Below are positions 30,601 to 43,098 of a DNA stretch of 64,000 nt, one piece after another. The stretch spans positions 704,001 to 768,000 of the forward strand of contig CAWJMB010000002.1 of NCBI GenBank assembly GCA_963843845.1, given 5' to 3'. This DNA comes from an uncultured Gemmatimonadaceae bacterium (GTDB lineage: Bacteria > Gemmatimonadota > Gemmatimonadetes > Gemmatimonadales > Gemmatimonadaceae). The notes under the pieces were generated by a model, which was given only the letters and a program-made list of their open reading frames with translations, was not told where the DNA came from and ran no database searches. The translations under genes were made by a program, and so were the position numbers. Numbering within the stretch: position 1 is the stretch's first letter; each line of letters starts with the position of its first letter.

Positions 30601-31270
30601 CGAGATGGCGGACCGGTTCTACGACTACAACATGCTCGAGTACCTCCGCGGCCGGAGCGTGTTCACGAACCGCGAGGCGCCGCTGCTCGACGTCGAGCGG
30701 CAGGGGTACGTGTACTACTTCAAGGGCGCCGTGGCGATGTACACGCTGCGCCAGTGGCTCGGCGCCGACGCGGTGAACGGCGCGCTGCGGCGGTTCCTCG
30801 CGCGGCACGGCGGCCCCGCCGCGCCGGCGGCCACGTCGCGCGCGCTGTACGCCGAGCTGCGCTCGGCCGCGCCGGACTCGCTGCGGCCGCTGCTCGCCGA
30901 CCTGTTCGAGCACATCACCCTGTGGGACGTGCGCGCGGACTCGGCGCGCGCCGAGCCGGCGGGGGGCGGGCGGTACCGGGTGACGCTGCACGTGACCGCG
31001 TCGAAGGCACGCGCCGACAGCGTGGGGCGGCAGACGCCGACGCCGATGAACGACCTCGTCGAGGTCGCCGTGTTCGCGGACGGCGCCGGCGGGGCGCCGG
31101 GGCTCGGCGCGCCGCTCTACCGCGCGCGGCACCGCGTCCGCGACGGCGCGCAGACGATCACGGTGACCGTGCCGCGCCGCCCGGCGCGGGCGGGGATCGA
31201 CCCGTACCACGCGCTCATCGAGCGCGAGCGCGACGACAACGTCACCGCGGTCGGCGACGGCCGCGCCTAA
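27677..31270 (+). CDS. ABC-2 permease / M1 aminopeptidase fusion, frameshifted (~27990, ~28410, ~28545)
   Basis: Multi-TM N-terminus; HETAHQWWG and SEMLAQY zinc ligands; YFKGAVAM; GTGA overlap with the ATPase stop. Confidence 0.87.
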   Translation: MTVGEVFRFELAYRLRRPSTWVYAAVLFAVPFLMMHAIGGSRQLLNAPEMVMNAAAVLGGVGMLVSAGLFGDAAARDVQSRMYALFYTSPLRERDYVLGRFLGAARRERGAAARRAVRPPAGVGDAVHGGGEVRAGAAGGVRAGVRADAAAEPRADRRLHVRRGGARAAGDGDVPRRRRAVRHRLGRGPPHRRAVERHAVGDDRPVRRRGAAHRDALLDAGRARRAARRVADAAAVEPRALARRRRSAWSRCSRRASASCSRPPRGARAGGAAASSTPRPSAWCPSPPSSAGGAERSFGVAARVRQTLAVAARAWRDVAASRAFLVVLVGALAIAFGYGWDVGSEIFGTSTWPVTHLIAGTVLSTALGPVMAVLVAVLAGELVWRERDVGMADIADVAPVPNGVLLLGRFLALVAMLVVLQAVLAAAGVLLQALQGWHRHEPLVYLELLFGVKLVDYVLLAALATAVHVIVNDKYVGHLVVVLYFVSTMLSGLIGIRHRMLVYGSDPGWVWSDLNGLAPFVQGIVWFKLYWAAWALLLAVLASLFWVRGRERGAARRLAIARERLAGPALRAAAVAVVLILSSGGFVFYNTNVVNAYAEHTPEAAADRRAAYERKYKRFEDAPRPSLTAARLRVELYPAERAAEIRGTYRFVNRTARPIDSVHVLLHPDVETRDVRFDRAARAVVNDRPLRYRVYALERPVAPGDSVAMTFDVAFRPRGFRSDGAPTEVTSNGAAFDRTWLPMLGYQPGRELTDERERRDRGLPPRQAPPSAGDVETRAAGARDVEVVDAQIVVGTDAAQTAVTSGTLVREWRERGRRYFEYHTGASTGFGGAIFSAQYAVREARWNDVPLRVYYHPTHDVNVDRMLRSMRASLDYYTRAFGPYQFRALRVVEFPRYASFARAHPNTIAFSEGSAFLTRVDSGDVDRTFFVVAHETAHQWWGGQVVPLRAPGAGMVSEMLAQYGAMMVLETAYGREMADRFYDYNMLEYLRGRSVFTNREAPLLDVERQGYVYYFKGAVAMYTLRQWLGADAVNGALRRFLARHGGPAAPAATSRALYAELRSAAPDSLRPLLADLFEHITLWDVRADSARAEPAGGGRYRVTLHVTASKARADSVGRQTPTPMNDLVEVAVFADGAGGAPGLGAPLYRARHRVRDGAQTITVTVPRRPARAGIDPYHALIERERDDNVTAVGDGRA

Positions 31271-31309
31271 CGGCGGCCGTCCGGCCCCGGTGGGGCGAGG
31301 TGCAGCCGG

Positions 31310-32071
31310 TCAGCGCGGGCGCACGGTCGCGAGCCCGCCGTCGACGCCGAACACCTGCCCCGTCACCCACGCGCTCTCCGGCCCGAGCAGCCACGCGGCG
31401 ACCGCCGCGACCTCGTCCGGCTCGCCGAGCCGCCCGAGGGCGTGCATCGCCGTCGACGCGCGCTCGGCGGCGGGGTTCCCGGTGATGCGCTCGGCGAGCG
31501 GCGTCCGCACCAGCCCCGGCGCGACGACGTTCACGCGCAGCCCCACCGGCGCGTAGGTCGCCGCCGCGGCGAGCGCGAGGCCGATGACGCCGGCCTTCGC
31601 CGCCGCGATCGCCTCGTGGTTCGCGAGCCCGACGCGCGCCGCGGCGCTCGAGAAGAGCACGACCGAGCCCCCCGTCCGCATCACGCGCCCGGCGGCACGC
31701 ACGGTCGCCGCCGCGGTCGTGAGGTTCAGCGCGATCGTCTCGTCCCACTCGTCGCGCCGCGTGAGGTGCGCCGGCTTGAGGATGAGCGAGCCGACCGCGT
31801 TCACGACGCCGCTCACCCGGCCGTGCCGCGCGGCGGCGCCCTCGACGAGCGCCGTCACCTGATCGAAGTCGGTCGCGTCGGTCGGCACCGCCGAGCCGCC
31901 GATCTCCGCGGCGAGGGCGTCGAGCCGCTCCCCGCCACGCGAGGCGAGCACGAGCGTCGCCCCGCGCGCCGCCAGCCGCCGGCAGAGCGCCGAGCCGATG
32001 CCGCCGGTGGCGCCGAGCACGACGACGACCGACGGATCGGCGGGGGAGAGAGCGGGGTCGGGAGCGGTCAC
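31310..32071 (-). CDS. Short-chain dehydrogenase/reductase
   Basis: GATGGIG, AAAKAG, RVNVVAPG, VTGQVFGVDGG. Confidence 0.92.
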   Translation of the reverse strand: MTAPDPALSPADPSVVVVLGATGGIGSALCRRLAARGATLVLASRGGERLDALAAEIGGSAVPTDATDFDQVTALVEGAAARHGRVSGVVNAVGSLILKPAHLTRRDEWDETIALNLTTAAATVRAAGRVMRTGGSVVLFSSAAARVGLANHEAIAAAKAGVIGLALAAAATYAPVGLRVNVVAPGLVRTPLAERITGNPAAERASTAMHALGRLGEPDEVAAVAAWLLGPESAWVTGQVFGVDGGLATVRPR

Positions 32072-32239
32072 GGTGGCGTACGGTACGGGTATGCGTGCAG
32101 GATCGTCGTGTCGGAACGGCGGCGGAGGCCGGGCCGTTCCCGCGCTGGGCGCGCGGCGGCATTATTCGCGGGCCGCGGGACCCCGGTCGGAAGGCCCGCC
32201 GGCCCTCCCTCTCCACGAGACATGCGCCCCTTCCGGCCG

Positions 32240-32671
32240 ATGACATCACAGCCCTGGCTTCCGTGGGCGCTCGGCTCCGCCGTGTTCGCCGCGCTGACTG
32301 CGATCTTCGCGAAGATCGGGCTCGACGGGGTCGACGCCGACTTCGCCACGCTCGTCCGGACGATCGTGATCGTCGGTGTGCTGGGCGCGTTCGTGACAGT
32401 GACGGGGAAGTGGCGCGACCCGCTCGCCCTGCCGGGACGCTCGCTCGCGTTCCTCGTGCTGTCGGCACTCGCCACCGGCGCCTCGTGGGTCTGCTACTTC
32501 CGCGCGCTGAAGGTCGGCGAGGCGGCGCGGGTCGCGCCGGTCGACAAGCTGAGCGTCGTCCTCGTCGCCGTGTTCGCGGTCGCCTTCCTCGGCGAGCGCC
32601 CCGCCGCGCGCGAGTGGGCGGGGATCGGGCTCGTCGCGCTCGGGGTGCTCGTGCTCAGCCTTCGCCGCTGA
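32240..32671 (+). CDS. EamA/DMT family transporter (single domain)
   Basis: FAALTAIFAKIG, SWVCYFRAL, VAPVDKLS. Confidence 0.9.
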   Translation: MTSQPWLPWALGSAVFAALTAIFAKIGLDGVDADFATLVRTIVIVGVLGAFVTVTGKWRDPLALPGRSLAFLVLSALATGASWVCYFRALKVGEAARVAPVDKLSVVLVAVFAVAFLGERPAAREWAGIGLVALGVLVLSLRR

Positions 32672-32694
32672 CGCGGCGGCCGCCCCGCGACGAC

Positions 32695-35106
32695 ATGCCC
32701 AGCCTCCGCCCGCCCCGCCCCCTCGTGCGGCTTCGGCGATCCGCCCGCGCCGCGTCGGCGCTGCTCGCACTCGCCGCCGCACTCGCCGCCGCGCCCGCCG
32801 CGGCGCCCGCCGCGGCGCAGCCCACCCGCCCGCCTGACCCGCGCCCCGACTCGCTCCCCGCGCCGGCCGTGGCCTTCACGCGCGCCGCGCTGCGGCTCGA
32901 CGGGGCGCTCGACGAGGCGGCGTGGGCGGCCGCCGACAGCGTCGTCGACTTCACGCAGCGCGACCCCCAGCAGGGCGCCGCCGTGAGCGAGCGCACGGTC
33001 GTGCGCTTCGTCGGCACCGCGGACGGGCTCTGGGTCGGCGTCTGGGCGTACGACCGCGATCCCGGCGGTATCCGCCGCGCGCAGCTTCGCCGCGACGCCG
33101 ACTTCGGCACCGACGACAGCTTCACGCTCATGCTCTCGCCGACCGCCGACAAGCGCACGGCGTTCCTCTTCTCCGTCAACCCGAACGGCGCGCTGCAGGA
33201 CGCCGAGGTGCTGAACTTCGAGCAGGAGAGCCGCGAGTGGGACGGCATCTGGGACGCGCGCGCCCGCGTCACGCCGGCCGGGTGGCAGGTCGAGATGCTC
33301 GTGCCCTGGCAGACGCTGCGCTACCGCGCGGCGGGCGACCCCGGCGCCGACCGGTGGGACGTCAACATGCGCCGCTTCATCCGCCGCAAGAACGAGACGG
33401 CGCTCTGGCGCGCGTGGCGCCGCGGCGAGGGGATCCGCTTCCTGGAGCGTGCCGGAACGCTGCGCGGCTTCGCGGCGGCCGGGGCGACGCTTCCCGGCGG
33501 GCTGCCGCGCCGCGCGGTCGCCGAGCTGCGACCGTACGCCACGGCCACGGCGCGCCTGGCCGACCGGCGCTACGCGGCGGACGGCACCTTCCGCACGACG
33601 AGCGGCGCGGCGCTCCTCGGGGACGCGGGGCTCGACGCGAAGCTCGCCCCGTCGCCGACGCTGACGCTCGACCTCACGGCGAACGCCGACTTCGCGCAGG
33701 CGGAGGTCGACCGGCAGGTCGTGAACCTCACCCGCTTCTCGCTCTTCTTTCCCGAGCAGCGTCCGTTCTTCACCGAGGGGGCGGGGATCTTCGAGTTCGG
33801 GCGGCGGCAGGAGACGCAGCTCTTCTACAGCCGGCGCATCGGGCTCGTCGCGGGGCGGCCGGTGCCGCTCTACGCGGGCGCGCGCCTGACGGGGCGGCTC
33901 GGCGCCCAGCAGGTCGGCGTCATCGCCACGCGCACCGGCGGCGACGCGCTGACCGGCGCGCCGCCCACGACGGACCTCGTCGCGCGGGTGAAGCGCGACA
34001 TCCTCGGGCGCGGCTACGTCGGCGCCATGCTCACCGCGCGCGACGGCGCCGGCACCCCGGGCGCCGCGCCCGCCGGCGGCGTCGACGTCAGCCTGCCCTA
34101 CATCATCCGCGACCAGAACCTCGTCGTGCTCGCGAGCGTCGCCGCCGACGGCGGGCGGGCCGCCGGCGACCCGACGTACGCGCGGCTCGTGATCGACTAC
34201 CCGAACGACCAGGTCGACTTCGTCGCCCGCTTCGACCGCGTGGGCGCGGGCTTCGTGCCGGCGCTCGGCTTCGTACAGCAGTCGGGCGTCGTGCGCTACG
34301 CGGGGAGCACCGCGATCACGCCGCGCCCGGAGGTGCTCGGGCCGCTCGGCGCCCCGCTGCGATCGCTCGGCGTGCGGAAGCTGCTCTTCAACCTGCTGTC
34401 GTGGAACGCCGTCTACGGGCTGGGCGGCAGCGGGCGCCGCGGCCTCGGCAACGGCAGCCTCTCCGTGACGCCGCTCGGCGCCGAGTTCGAGAGCGGCGAC
34501 GAGTTCGAGCTGAGTCTGTTCCGCGGCTACGACGCGCCCGACGAGTCGTTCGAGCTGTTTCCCGGCGCGGACGTGCCGGCGGGGCGCTATCGGTGGGACC
34601 GCGCGGAGCTCGACGTCACGACGTCGGCCGCCCGCCCGATCGTCGCCGAGTTCACGACGAGCGTCGGCCAGTTCTACGCCGGCCGCTCGTGGGAGGCCGA
34701 GGGCGCGCTCCGCGCCCGCCTCGAGCCGCACCTGCTCGCGAGCGTGGAGTACGGCCGCACGTCGATCCGCCTCGCCGGCGCCGACACGGGGCGCGGCGCG
34801 CCGCCGCCGCCGGTGCTCGACGACGAGCGGCGCCTGCGCTTCGCCGCGCAGTTCGCGCGCGCCCGTGTGGACGTCGCGGCGAGCCCGCGGCTCAACACGA
34901 CGCTGTTCGCACAGTGGGACAACGAGTCCGGGCGGGTGGCGCTCAACGCCCGCGTGCGGTGGACGACGTCGCCGGGGAGCGACGCCTACCTCGTCTGGAA
35001 CAGCGCGTGGCCGTCGGACCTCGACGGCGGGCTGCGCGCCGTGCCGTGGCGCCGGCCGTCGGCCGGCGCCCTCGTCGCCAAGTACGTGCGCTACCTGCGC
35101 ATCTGA
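32695..35106 (+). CDS. CBM9-like + DUF5916 outer-membrane protein
   Basis: LDGALDEAAW, DFAQAEVD..NLTRFSLFFPEQRPFFTEG, LFYSRRIG; signal peptide. Confidence 0.88.
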   Translation: MPSLRPPRPLVRLRRSARAASALLALAAALAAAPAAAPAAAQPTRPPDPRPDSLPAPAVAFTRAALRLDGALDEAAWAAADSVVDFTQRDPQQGAAVSERTVVRFVGTADGLWVGVWAYDRDPGGIRRAQLRRDADFGTDDSFTLMLSPTADKRTAFLFSVNPNGALQDAEVLNFEQESREWDGIWDARARVTPAGWQVEMLVPWQTLRYRAAGDPGADRWDVNMRRFIRRKNETALWRAWRRGEGIRFLERAGTLRGFAAAGATLPGGLPRRAVAELRPYATATARLADRRYAADGTFRTTSGAALLGDAGLDAKLAPSPTLTLDLTANADFAQAEVDRQVVNLTRFSLFFPEQRPFFTEGAGIFEFGRRQETQLFYSRRIGLVAGRPVPLYAGARLTGRLGAQQVGVIATRTGGDALTGAPPTTDLVARVKRDILGRGYVGAMLTARDGAGTPGAAPAGGVDVSLPYIIRDQNLVVLASVAADGGRAAGDPTYARLVIDYPNDQVDFVARFDRVGAGFVPALGFVQQSGVVRYAGSTAITPRPEVLGPLGAPLRSLGVRKLLFNLLSWNAVYGLGGSGRRGLGNGSLSVTPLGAEFESGDEFELSLFRGYDAPDESFELFPGADVPAGRYRWDRAELDVTTSAARPIVAEFTTSVGQFYAGRSWEAEGALRARLEPHLLASVEYGRTSIRLAGADTGRGAPPPPVLDDERRLRFAAQFARARVDVAASPRLNTTLFAQWDNESGRVALNARVRWTTSPGSDAYLVWNSAWPSDLDGGLRAVPWRRPSAGALVAKYVRYLRI

Positions 35107-35122
35107 CCGGCCGCCGCCGGCG

Positions 35123-35974
35123 TCACGCCCGCGGCGCGAACAGCGCGTTCGCGTCGGGCGACGACAGCTGCTCCGTCACCGCCCCGTACGTGCCGGCGCT
35201 CAGCACCTCGGCCGCCGCGCGCCGCACGTGCGCCATCACCGCCCGCGCGAGGTTGGGGCCGAGGCTCACGCGCCGCACGCCCATCGCGCGCAGCTCGGTG
35301 ATGCTCGGCGAGCCGGGGCCGGCGATGACGTTCAGCGGCGCGTCGATCGCCTCGGCGAGCCGCGCGATCACGTCGGTCGGCGCGAGCGGCACGAAGATGC
35401 CGTCGGCGCCGGCGTCGAGATACAGCCGCGCGCGGCGTACCGTCTCGTCGAAGCGCGTCGCCTCGTCGCCGACCTTCCGCACGTAGATGTCGGTGCGGGC
35501 ATTGATGAACAGCTCGACCCCGGCCTCGCGCGCCGCCGAGCGCATCGCGGCGATGCGCTCGGCGTGGTACTCGGCCTCGACCACGGGCGCGCCGTCCCGG
35601 CCGGGCGCGTCCTCGAGGTTGAGCCCGACGGCGCCGGCGGCGATCACGCCGCGCGCCGTCTCCGCGGCATCCTCCGGCGTGCCCCCGCCGTAGCCGCTCT
35701 CGACGTCGGCGGTGACGGGGACGCGCACCGTGCGGGCGATGAGCGCGACCTCGGCGAGCATCTCGTCGCGCGGGATCCGCTGGCCGTCGGGGTAGCCGCG
35801 TGCCCACGCGATGCCGGCGCTCGTCGAGGCGATCGCCTCGGCGCCTGCCTCCTCGACGAGGCGCGCGGTCATGGCATCCCAGGCGTTGGGCAGCACGAGC
35901 AGCCGCTCGGCGCCGCGCTCATGCAGTCGGTGGAACGCCGCGGCGTGCTGTCGTTGTTGTGCGGTGCTGGTCAT
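35123..35974 (-). CDS. Isocitrate lyase/PEP mutase family protein
   Basis: [35 protein letters not shown]. Confidence 0.92.
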   Translation of the reverse strand: MTSTAQQRQHAAAFHRLHERGAERLLVLPNAWDAMTARLVEEAGAEAIASTSAGIAWARGYPDGQRIPRDEMLAEVALIARTVRVPVTADVESGYGGGTPEDAAETARGVIAAGAVGLNLEDAPGRDGAPVVEAEYHAERIAAMRSAAREAGVELFINARTDIYVRKVGDEATRFDETVRRARLYLDAGADGIFVPLAPTDVIARLAEAIDAPLNVIAGPGSPSITELRAMGVRRVSLGPNLARAVMAHVRRAAAEVLSAGTYGAVTEQLSSPDANALFAPRA

Positions 35975-36446
35975 GGAGAGGTGTGGTGAGCAGCCGATCG
36001 CGGATCTGTCCGAGGGCACGGGCGAGCCGGCGGGGAGCGTCGGGCGCGCCCGGCCCGGCGACGGCGCCCTCGACGTGGCCCGGTATGGCCCCGGACCGGG
36101 CACGCAGCGCTCGGCCGGCCGGGGTAAGGGCGATGCGCACGCCCCGCTCGTCTGCCGTGTCGCGCGTGCGCGTCACGAGCCTGGCCCGCTCGAGCCGCTT
36201 GAGCAGCGGCGTGAGCGTGGCCGAGTCCAGGAAGAGCCGCTCGCCGATGTCCGAGACCCGTGCGTCGTCCCGCTCCCACAGCACCAGCATCACGAGATAC
36301 TGCGGGTAGGTGAGGCCGAGGTCGTCGAGCAGCGCCCGGTAGAGCCTCGTCATCGCACGCGACGCCGAGTAGAGCGCGAAGCAGAGCTGCTGCTCCACCA
36401 CCGCGAGCGACTCGTCTTCGTTGTCGGTGCCGCCGGATCCGGGCAT
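35919..36446 (-). CDS. ohrR: MarR family regulator, OhrR-like
   Basis: [11 protein letters not shown] with the sensing Cys; [28 protein letters not shown]. Confidence 0.85.
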   Translation of the reverse strand: MPGSGGTDNEDESLAVVEQQLCFALYSASRAMTRLYRALLDDLGLTYPQYLVMLVLWERDDARVSDIGERLFLDSATLTPLLKRLERARLVTRTRDTADERGVRIALTPAGRALRARSGAIPGHVEGAVAGPGAPDAPRRLARALGQIRDRLLTTPLHDQHRTTTTARRGVPPTA

Positions 36447-36565
36447 GCTTGCTGCTTCGATAGCAGACGATTACATCGTGTGCGACCAATATGCGGCGAT
36501 GGAATGGCGGTCGCCAGCCTGCGCTCGCCGGGGAGCAGTCGAGCGAGAAGGGAGAGGAGGAGACG

Positions 36566-37289
36566 ATGGATGTGAGCGGTCGGACGGCGCTGGTGACCGG
36601 CGCGGGGAAGGGGATCGGCCGTGCGGTCGCTCACGCGCTCGCGCGTGCCGGGACGCACGTCGGGCTCGTGGCGCGCACCGCCGCGGACCTGGAGCGCGTG
36701 GCGGGGGAGCTGCGCGAGACGGTGCCCGGCGCGCGCGTGTGCGTGGCCGCGGCGGACGTGGCCGACCGGTCCGGGGTCGAGGGCGCCGTGGCGCGGGTGC
36801 AGCGCGAGCTGGGCGAGATCGACGTCCTCGTCAACAATGCGGGGATCGCGCGGTTCGGCACGGTGCTCGAGATGGAGCCGGAGGAATGGGAGCGCATCCA
36901 TCGCGTGAACGTGCTCGGGACGCTGCACGCCACGCGCGCGGTGCTTCCTGGCATGATCGCGCGGCGACGCGGCGACATCGTCAACGTGGCATCCACGGCG
37001 GGTGAGAAGGGCGCCGCCTCGACGGCCGCGTACGCGGCGTCGAAGGCCGCCGTGCTGCGACTGACCGAGTCACTGGCGGCGGAAGTCCGCAAGCACGGCG
37101 TGCGCGTCACGGCGCTCCTGCCGAGCACCGTGAATACCGAGCTGGCCACGAGCGTGGGGCTCACGATCGGCCCGGCCGAGCGGATGATGCAGCCGGACGA
37201 CGTGGCCGAGCTCGTGCTGGGCATGTTGGGGCTCCCGCCGCGGCGTGTTCGTGCGCGACGTGGCGCTGCTCACGACCAATCCGGTCTGA
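36566..37289 (+). CDS. SDR oxidoreductase (YoxD-like), frameshift near 37240
   Basis: TGAGKGIG, NNAG, YAASK; natural C-terminus VFVRDVALLTTNPV* lies in another frame. Confidence 0.88.
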
Positions 37290-37424
37290 GCGGAGCGCAC
37301 GGTGGCGCGGGATCTGAATGGGCCGACCCCGTCACGCCCGGGGGGGCCTGGCCGCTGCCCGTCACCGACGCGTCGGGCGGCCGGCGTGGGGTCCCCGCTC
37401 GCCCGATTCCCTGGAGCCACCTGA

Positions 37425-39803
<2,379 letters not shown>

Positions 39804-39915
39804 TGCGCGCGCGCGGCATCTCGACGCGGGCCGACGGTGCTACTTTTCACGCCCCCGGTCGCAGCCCTAGCTTCCGCCGCCGCGATCCGCGCCACCACCT
39901 GCCACCCTGGCGACC

Positions 39916-40332
39916 GTGCACGACCGCATGCTGAACATCCTCGTGGTCGAGGACGACGAAGTCGACGTGATGAACGTGCGACGGGCGTTCCAGAAGAATC
40001 ACATCGCGAATCCCCTGTTCGTCGCCGGGAACGGAGTGGAGGCGCTCGAGCGGCTGCGGAGCGGCGAGATCCCCAAGGAACGCCGCATCGTGCTGCTCGA
40101 CCTGAACATGCCGCGCATGAACGGGATCGAGTTCCTGCGGGAGCTGCGGGCCGACCCGGACCTCCGGTCGACGACGGTCGTCGTGCTCACGACGTCGAAC
40201 GACGAGCGGGACAAGGTCGACGCCTACGACCTGAACGTCGCGGGCTACCTGCTCAAGCCGGTCACGTTCGGGAATTTCTGCGAGGTCATGGCGGCGCTCA
40301 ACAAGTACTGGACGCTCGTCGAGCTGCCGTGA
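39916..40332 (+). CDS. Single-domain response regulator (Rcp1-like)
   Basis: VEDD, LLDLNMP, LTTS, YLLKP, NKYW. Confidence 0.93.
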   Translation: MHDRMLNILVVEDDEVDVMNVRRAFQKNHIANPLFVAGNGVEALERLRSGEIPKERRIVLLDLNMPRMNGIEFLRELRADPDLRSTTVVVLTTSNDERDKVDAYDLNVAGYLLKPVTFGNFCEVMAALNKYWTLVELP

Positions 40333-40351
40333 CGACGATGGGAGTGAGGAC

Positions 40352-43057
40352 GTGTCGGATCCGCCGGTGACGAGCGGCGCGACGGCAGGCGCTCGCGGCG
40401 CCGATCTGTCCGACGTGCCGCTCCGCCTGCTCGTCGTCGATGACGACGCGGTGGACCGGATGGCGGTCCGTCGCGCGCTCGTTCGCTCCGGGCTGCCGGT
40501 CGCCGACGTGCTCGAGGCGGCCGACGCCGATGCCGCGTTCGCCGCGCTCGCCGCGGGGCGTGCAGGGGGCGGGGCGCCCGCGGTCGACTGCGTGCTGCTG
40601 GACTATCAGCTCGCCGGCGACACCGGGATCGACGTGCTGCGCCGCATGGCCGGCGAGGGGCACACCGTGCCGGTGGTGGTGCTCACCGGGCAGACCGACC
40701 CCGAGACGGCGGCCGCGCTGATCCGGGCGGGCGCCGTCGACTTCCTGACGAAGGCGGCGCTCACGCCGGAGCGGCTGGAGCAGTCCGTGCGCGGTGCGGT
40801 GCGCGTGGCGAGCGCCGAGGCAGAGCTGCGGGCGAGCCGCGAGCTGCTCGCGATCACGCTGCGCAGCATCGCCGACGCCGTCGTGACGCTCGACCTCGAG
40901 GGGCGGATCACCTACCTCAACCCCGCGGCCGAGCGCCTGACGGGGTGGCCGGCCGAATACGCAGCGCGGCGGCGCCTCGAGGAAGTCGCGTTCGTGGCGG
41001 CGGCGGACGAGCGCGGTCCGGGAGGAGTCCCCGTCGGCGGGAGCGACGACCGGCGGCGGCTGCTGCACGAGCGCGCGCGCGACGTCCTCGCCGGGCAGCG
41101 CGGAGACGAGCGGGGCGACATGACGCTCGTCGCGCGCGATGGCGAGCGGCTGTTCGTCGACGCGACGCTGACACCGCTGCGCGACGCGGCCGGCGCGACG
41201 ACCGGCGTCGTGGTCGCGCTACGCGACGTCACGGAGCGGCGCCGCGCCGAGGCGGCGCTCGCCGGGGTCAACGCCGAGCTCCGTCATCAGGCGGAAGAGC
41301 TCGAGCAGCAGGCCGGCCAGCTGGAGCAGCAGTTCGAGGCGGCGCAGGCGCTGACCGCGGAGCTCGAGCAGGCGAACGACCACCTGCGTGAGGCGCAACT
41401 CGACACCGAGCGCAGCGAGGCCCGCTACCGCGCGCTCGTCGACGCGAGCGCGCGCGTCGTGTGGGCGGCCGACGCGCGCGGCACCGTCCAGGATCTGTCG
41501 TGGTGGCGTGCGCGCACCGGGCAGTCCGAGGAGGAGATGCTCGGCGACGGGTGGCTCGACGCGCTCCACCCCGAGGACCGCACCCGGAGCGTGCGGATGT
41601 GGACCGAGGCGCTGCGGTCGCGCGCGCCCTACGAGAACGACATCCGGCTGCGGATGGCCGACGGCAGCACGCGGTGGCACCGCGTGCGCAGCGTCCCCGT
41701 CGTGGACCATGCCGGCCATGTCCGCGAGTGGGTCGGCACGTTCGACGACGTCGACGAGGAGAAGCGGGCCGAAGAAGCGCGGCGCGAGGAGGCGGACGTC
41801 GTCGAGACGCTGCACCGGCTCGGCGGGGTGCTGACCTCCGAGCTGGAGGTGGAGCGCATCGTCCAGACGGTGACCGACGCGACGACCGCGCTCAGCGGGG
41901 CCCAGTTCGGCGCGTTCTTCTACAACGTCGTCGACGGGCAGGGCGAGAAGTTCACGCTCTACACGCTCACCGGCGCGCCGCGCGACGCGTTCGACGACTT
42001 CGGCCACCCGCGCACCACGCCGGTGTTCGCGCCGACGTTCCACGGCGACGGGATCGTGCGGAGCGACGACATCACGGCCGACCCGCGCTACGGGCACTGG
42101 CCCCCGCACCACGGCATGCCGCCGCGCCACCTGCCGGTGCGCAGCTACCTCGCCGTTCCCGTGGTCTCACGCCACGGCGAGGTGATCGGCGGCCTGTTCT
42201 TCGGCCACGCGGAGCCGGGCGTGTTCACGGCGCGGGCCGAGCGGCTGGTGTCGGGGATCGCCGCGTCCGCCGCCGTGGCGATGGACAACGCGCGGCTGTA
42301 CGCGGCGGAGCGGCACGCGCGCGCGCACTCGGAGCAGGCGCGCACCGAGGCGGAGGCGGCGAACAAGGCGAAGAGCGACTTCCTGGCGAACATGAGCCAC
42401 GAGCTGCGCACGCCCCTCAACGCCATCGGCGGCTACGCCGACCTGCTGCTCGAAGGGATCCGCGGCCCCCTCACCGATCCGCAGCGCGCCTACATCGAGC
42501 GGATCAAGCGCAGCCAGCACCACCTGCTCGGCCTCATCAACGACATCCTGAACTTCGCGAAGATCGAGGCCGGGCACGTGCGCTTCGACCTCACCGACGT
42601 GTCGTTGAACGAGACGCTCGGCCAGCTCGAGACGCTGCTCACGCCGCAGCTCGAGACGAAGCAGCTGCGCTACGAGTACCGGTGCTGCGACCCGCGGTTC
42701 ACGGCGTACGTCGATCCGGAGCGGCTGCAGCAGATCCTGCTCAACCTGCTGAGCAACGCGGTCAAGTTCACCGCCGCCGGCGGCGAGATCGTGGTGTCGT
42801 GCGACGCCACGCCGGACACGATGGTGGTCCGCGTCCGCGACACCGGGGTGGGGATCCCGGCCGACAAGCTCGAACAGATCTTCGAGCCGTTCGTGCAGCT
42901 CGATCGCGGCCAGACGTCGACGAACGCGGGCACGGGGCTCGGCCTCGCCATCAGCCGCGACCTCGCCCGCGCGATGCGCGGCGACCTCACCGCGGAGAGC
43001 GTGGTGGACGCAGGCTCCACGTTCACGCTGACGCTTCCCCGCCGGGCCGCCGACTGA
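40352..43057 (+). CDS. Hybrid kinase, REC-PAS-PAS-GAF-HisKA-HATPase
   Basis: N-terminal receiver (VDDD, LLDYQL), PAS, GAF (SYLAVPV), H-box. Confidence 0.92.
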   Translation: MSDPPVTSGATAGARGADLSDVPLRLLVVDDDAVDRMAVRRALVRSGLPVADVLEAADADAAFAALAAGRAGGGAPAVDCVLLDYQLAGDTGIDVLRRMAGEGHTVPVVVLTGQTDPETAAALIRAGAVDFLTKAALTPERLEQSVRGAVRVASAEAELRASRELLAITLRSIADAVVTLDLEGRITYLNPAAERLTGWPAEYAARRRLEEVAFVAAADERGPGGVPVGGSDDRRRLLHERARDVLAGQRGDERGDMTLVARDGERLFVDATLTPLRDAAGATTGVVVALRDVTERRRAEAALAGVNAELRHQAEELEQQAGQLEQQFEAAQALTAELEQANDHLREAQLDTERSEARYRALVDASARVVWAADARGTVQDLSWWRARTGQSEEEMLGDGWLDALHPEDRTRSVRMWTEALRSRAPYENDIRLRMADGSTRWHRVRSVPVVDHAGHVREWVGTFDDVDEEKRAEEARREEADVVETLHRLGGVLTSELEVERIVQTVTDATTALSGAQFGAFFYNVVDGQGEKFTLYTLTGAPRDAFDDFGHPRTTPVFAPTFHGDGIVRSDDITADPRYGHWPPHHGMPPRHLPVRSYLAVPVVSRHGEVIGGLFFGHAEPGVFTARAERLVSGIAASAAVAMDNARLYAAERHARAHSEQARTEAEAANKAKSDFLANMSHELRTPLNAIGGYADLLLEGIRGPLTDPQRAYIERIKRSQHHLLGLINDILNFAKIEAGHVRFDLTDVSLNETLGQLETLLTPQLETKQLRYEYRCCDPRFTAYVDPERLQQILLNLLSNAVKFTAAGGEIVVSCDATPDTMVVRVRDTGVGIPADKLEQIFEPFVQLDRGQTSTNAGTGLGLAISRDLARAMRGDLTAESVVDAGSTFTLTLPRRAAD

Positions 43058-43098
43058 CACGGCGGCCGGCCGCCCCCCACGCTCGCACCCGAATTCTC

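Noticed and set aside
27806..31210. Long antisense ORFs (also 42670-46146, 32494-34731, 18681-21257 and others)
   Set aside because: Stop-poor shadow frames expected at this GC; no motifs
41461..43098. N-terminal 546 aa of the 1479-aa ORF
   Set aside because: Arg-rich shadow frame over the hybrid kinase; the true start is 43099
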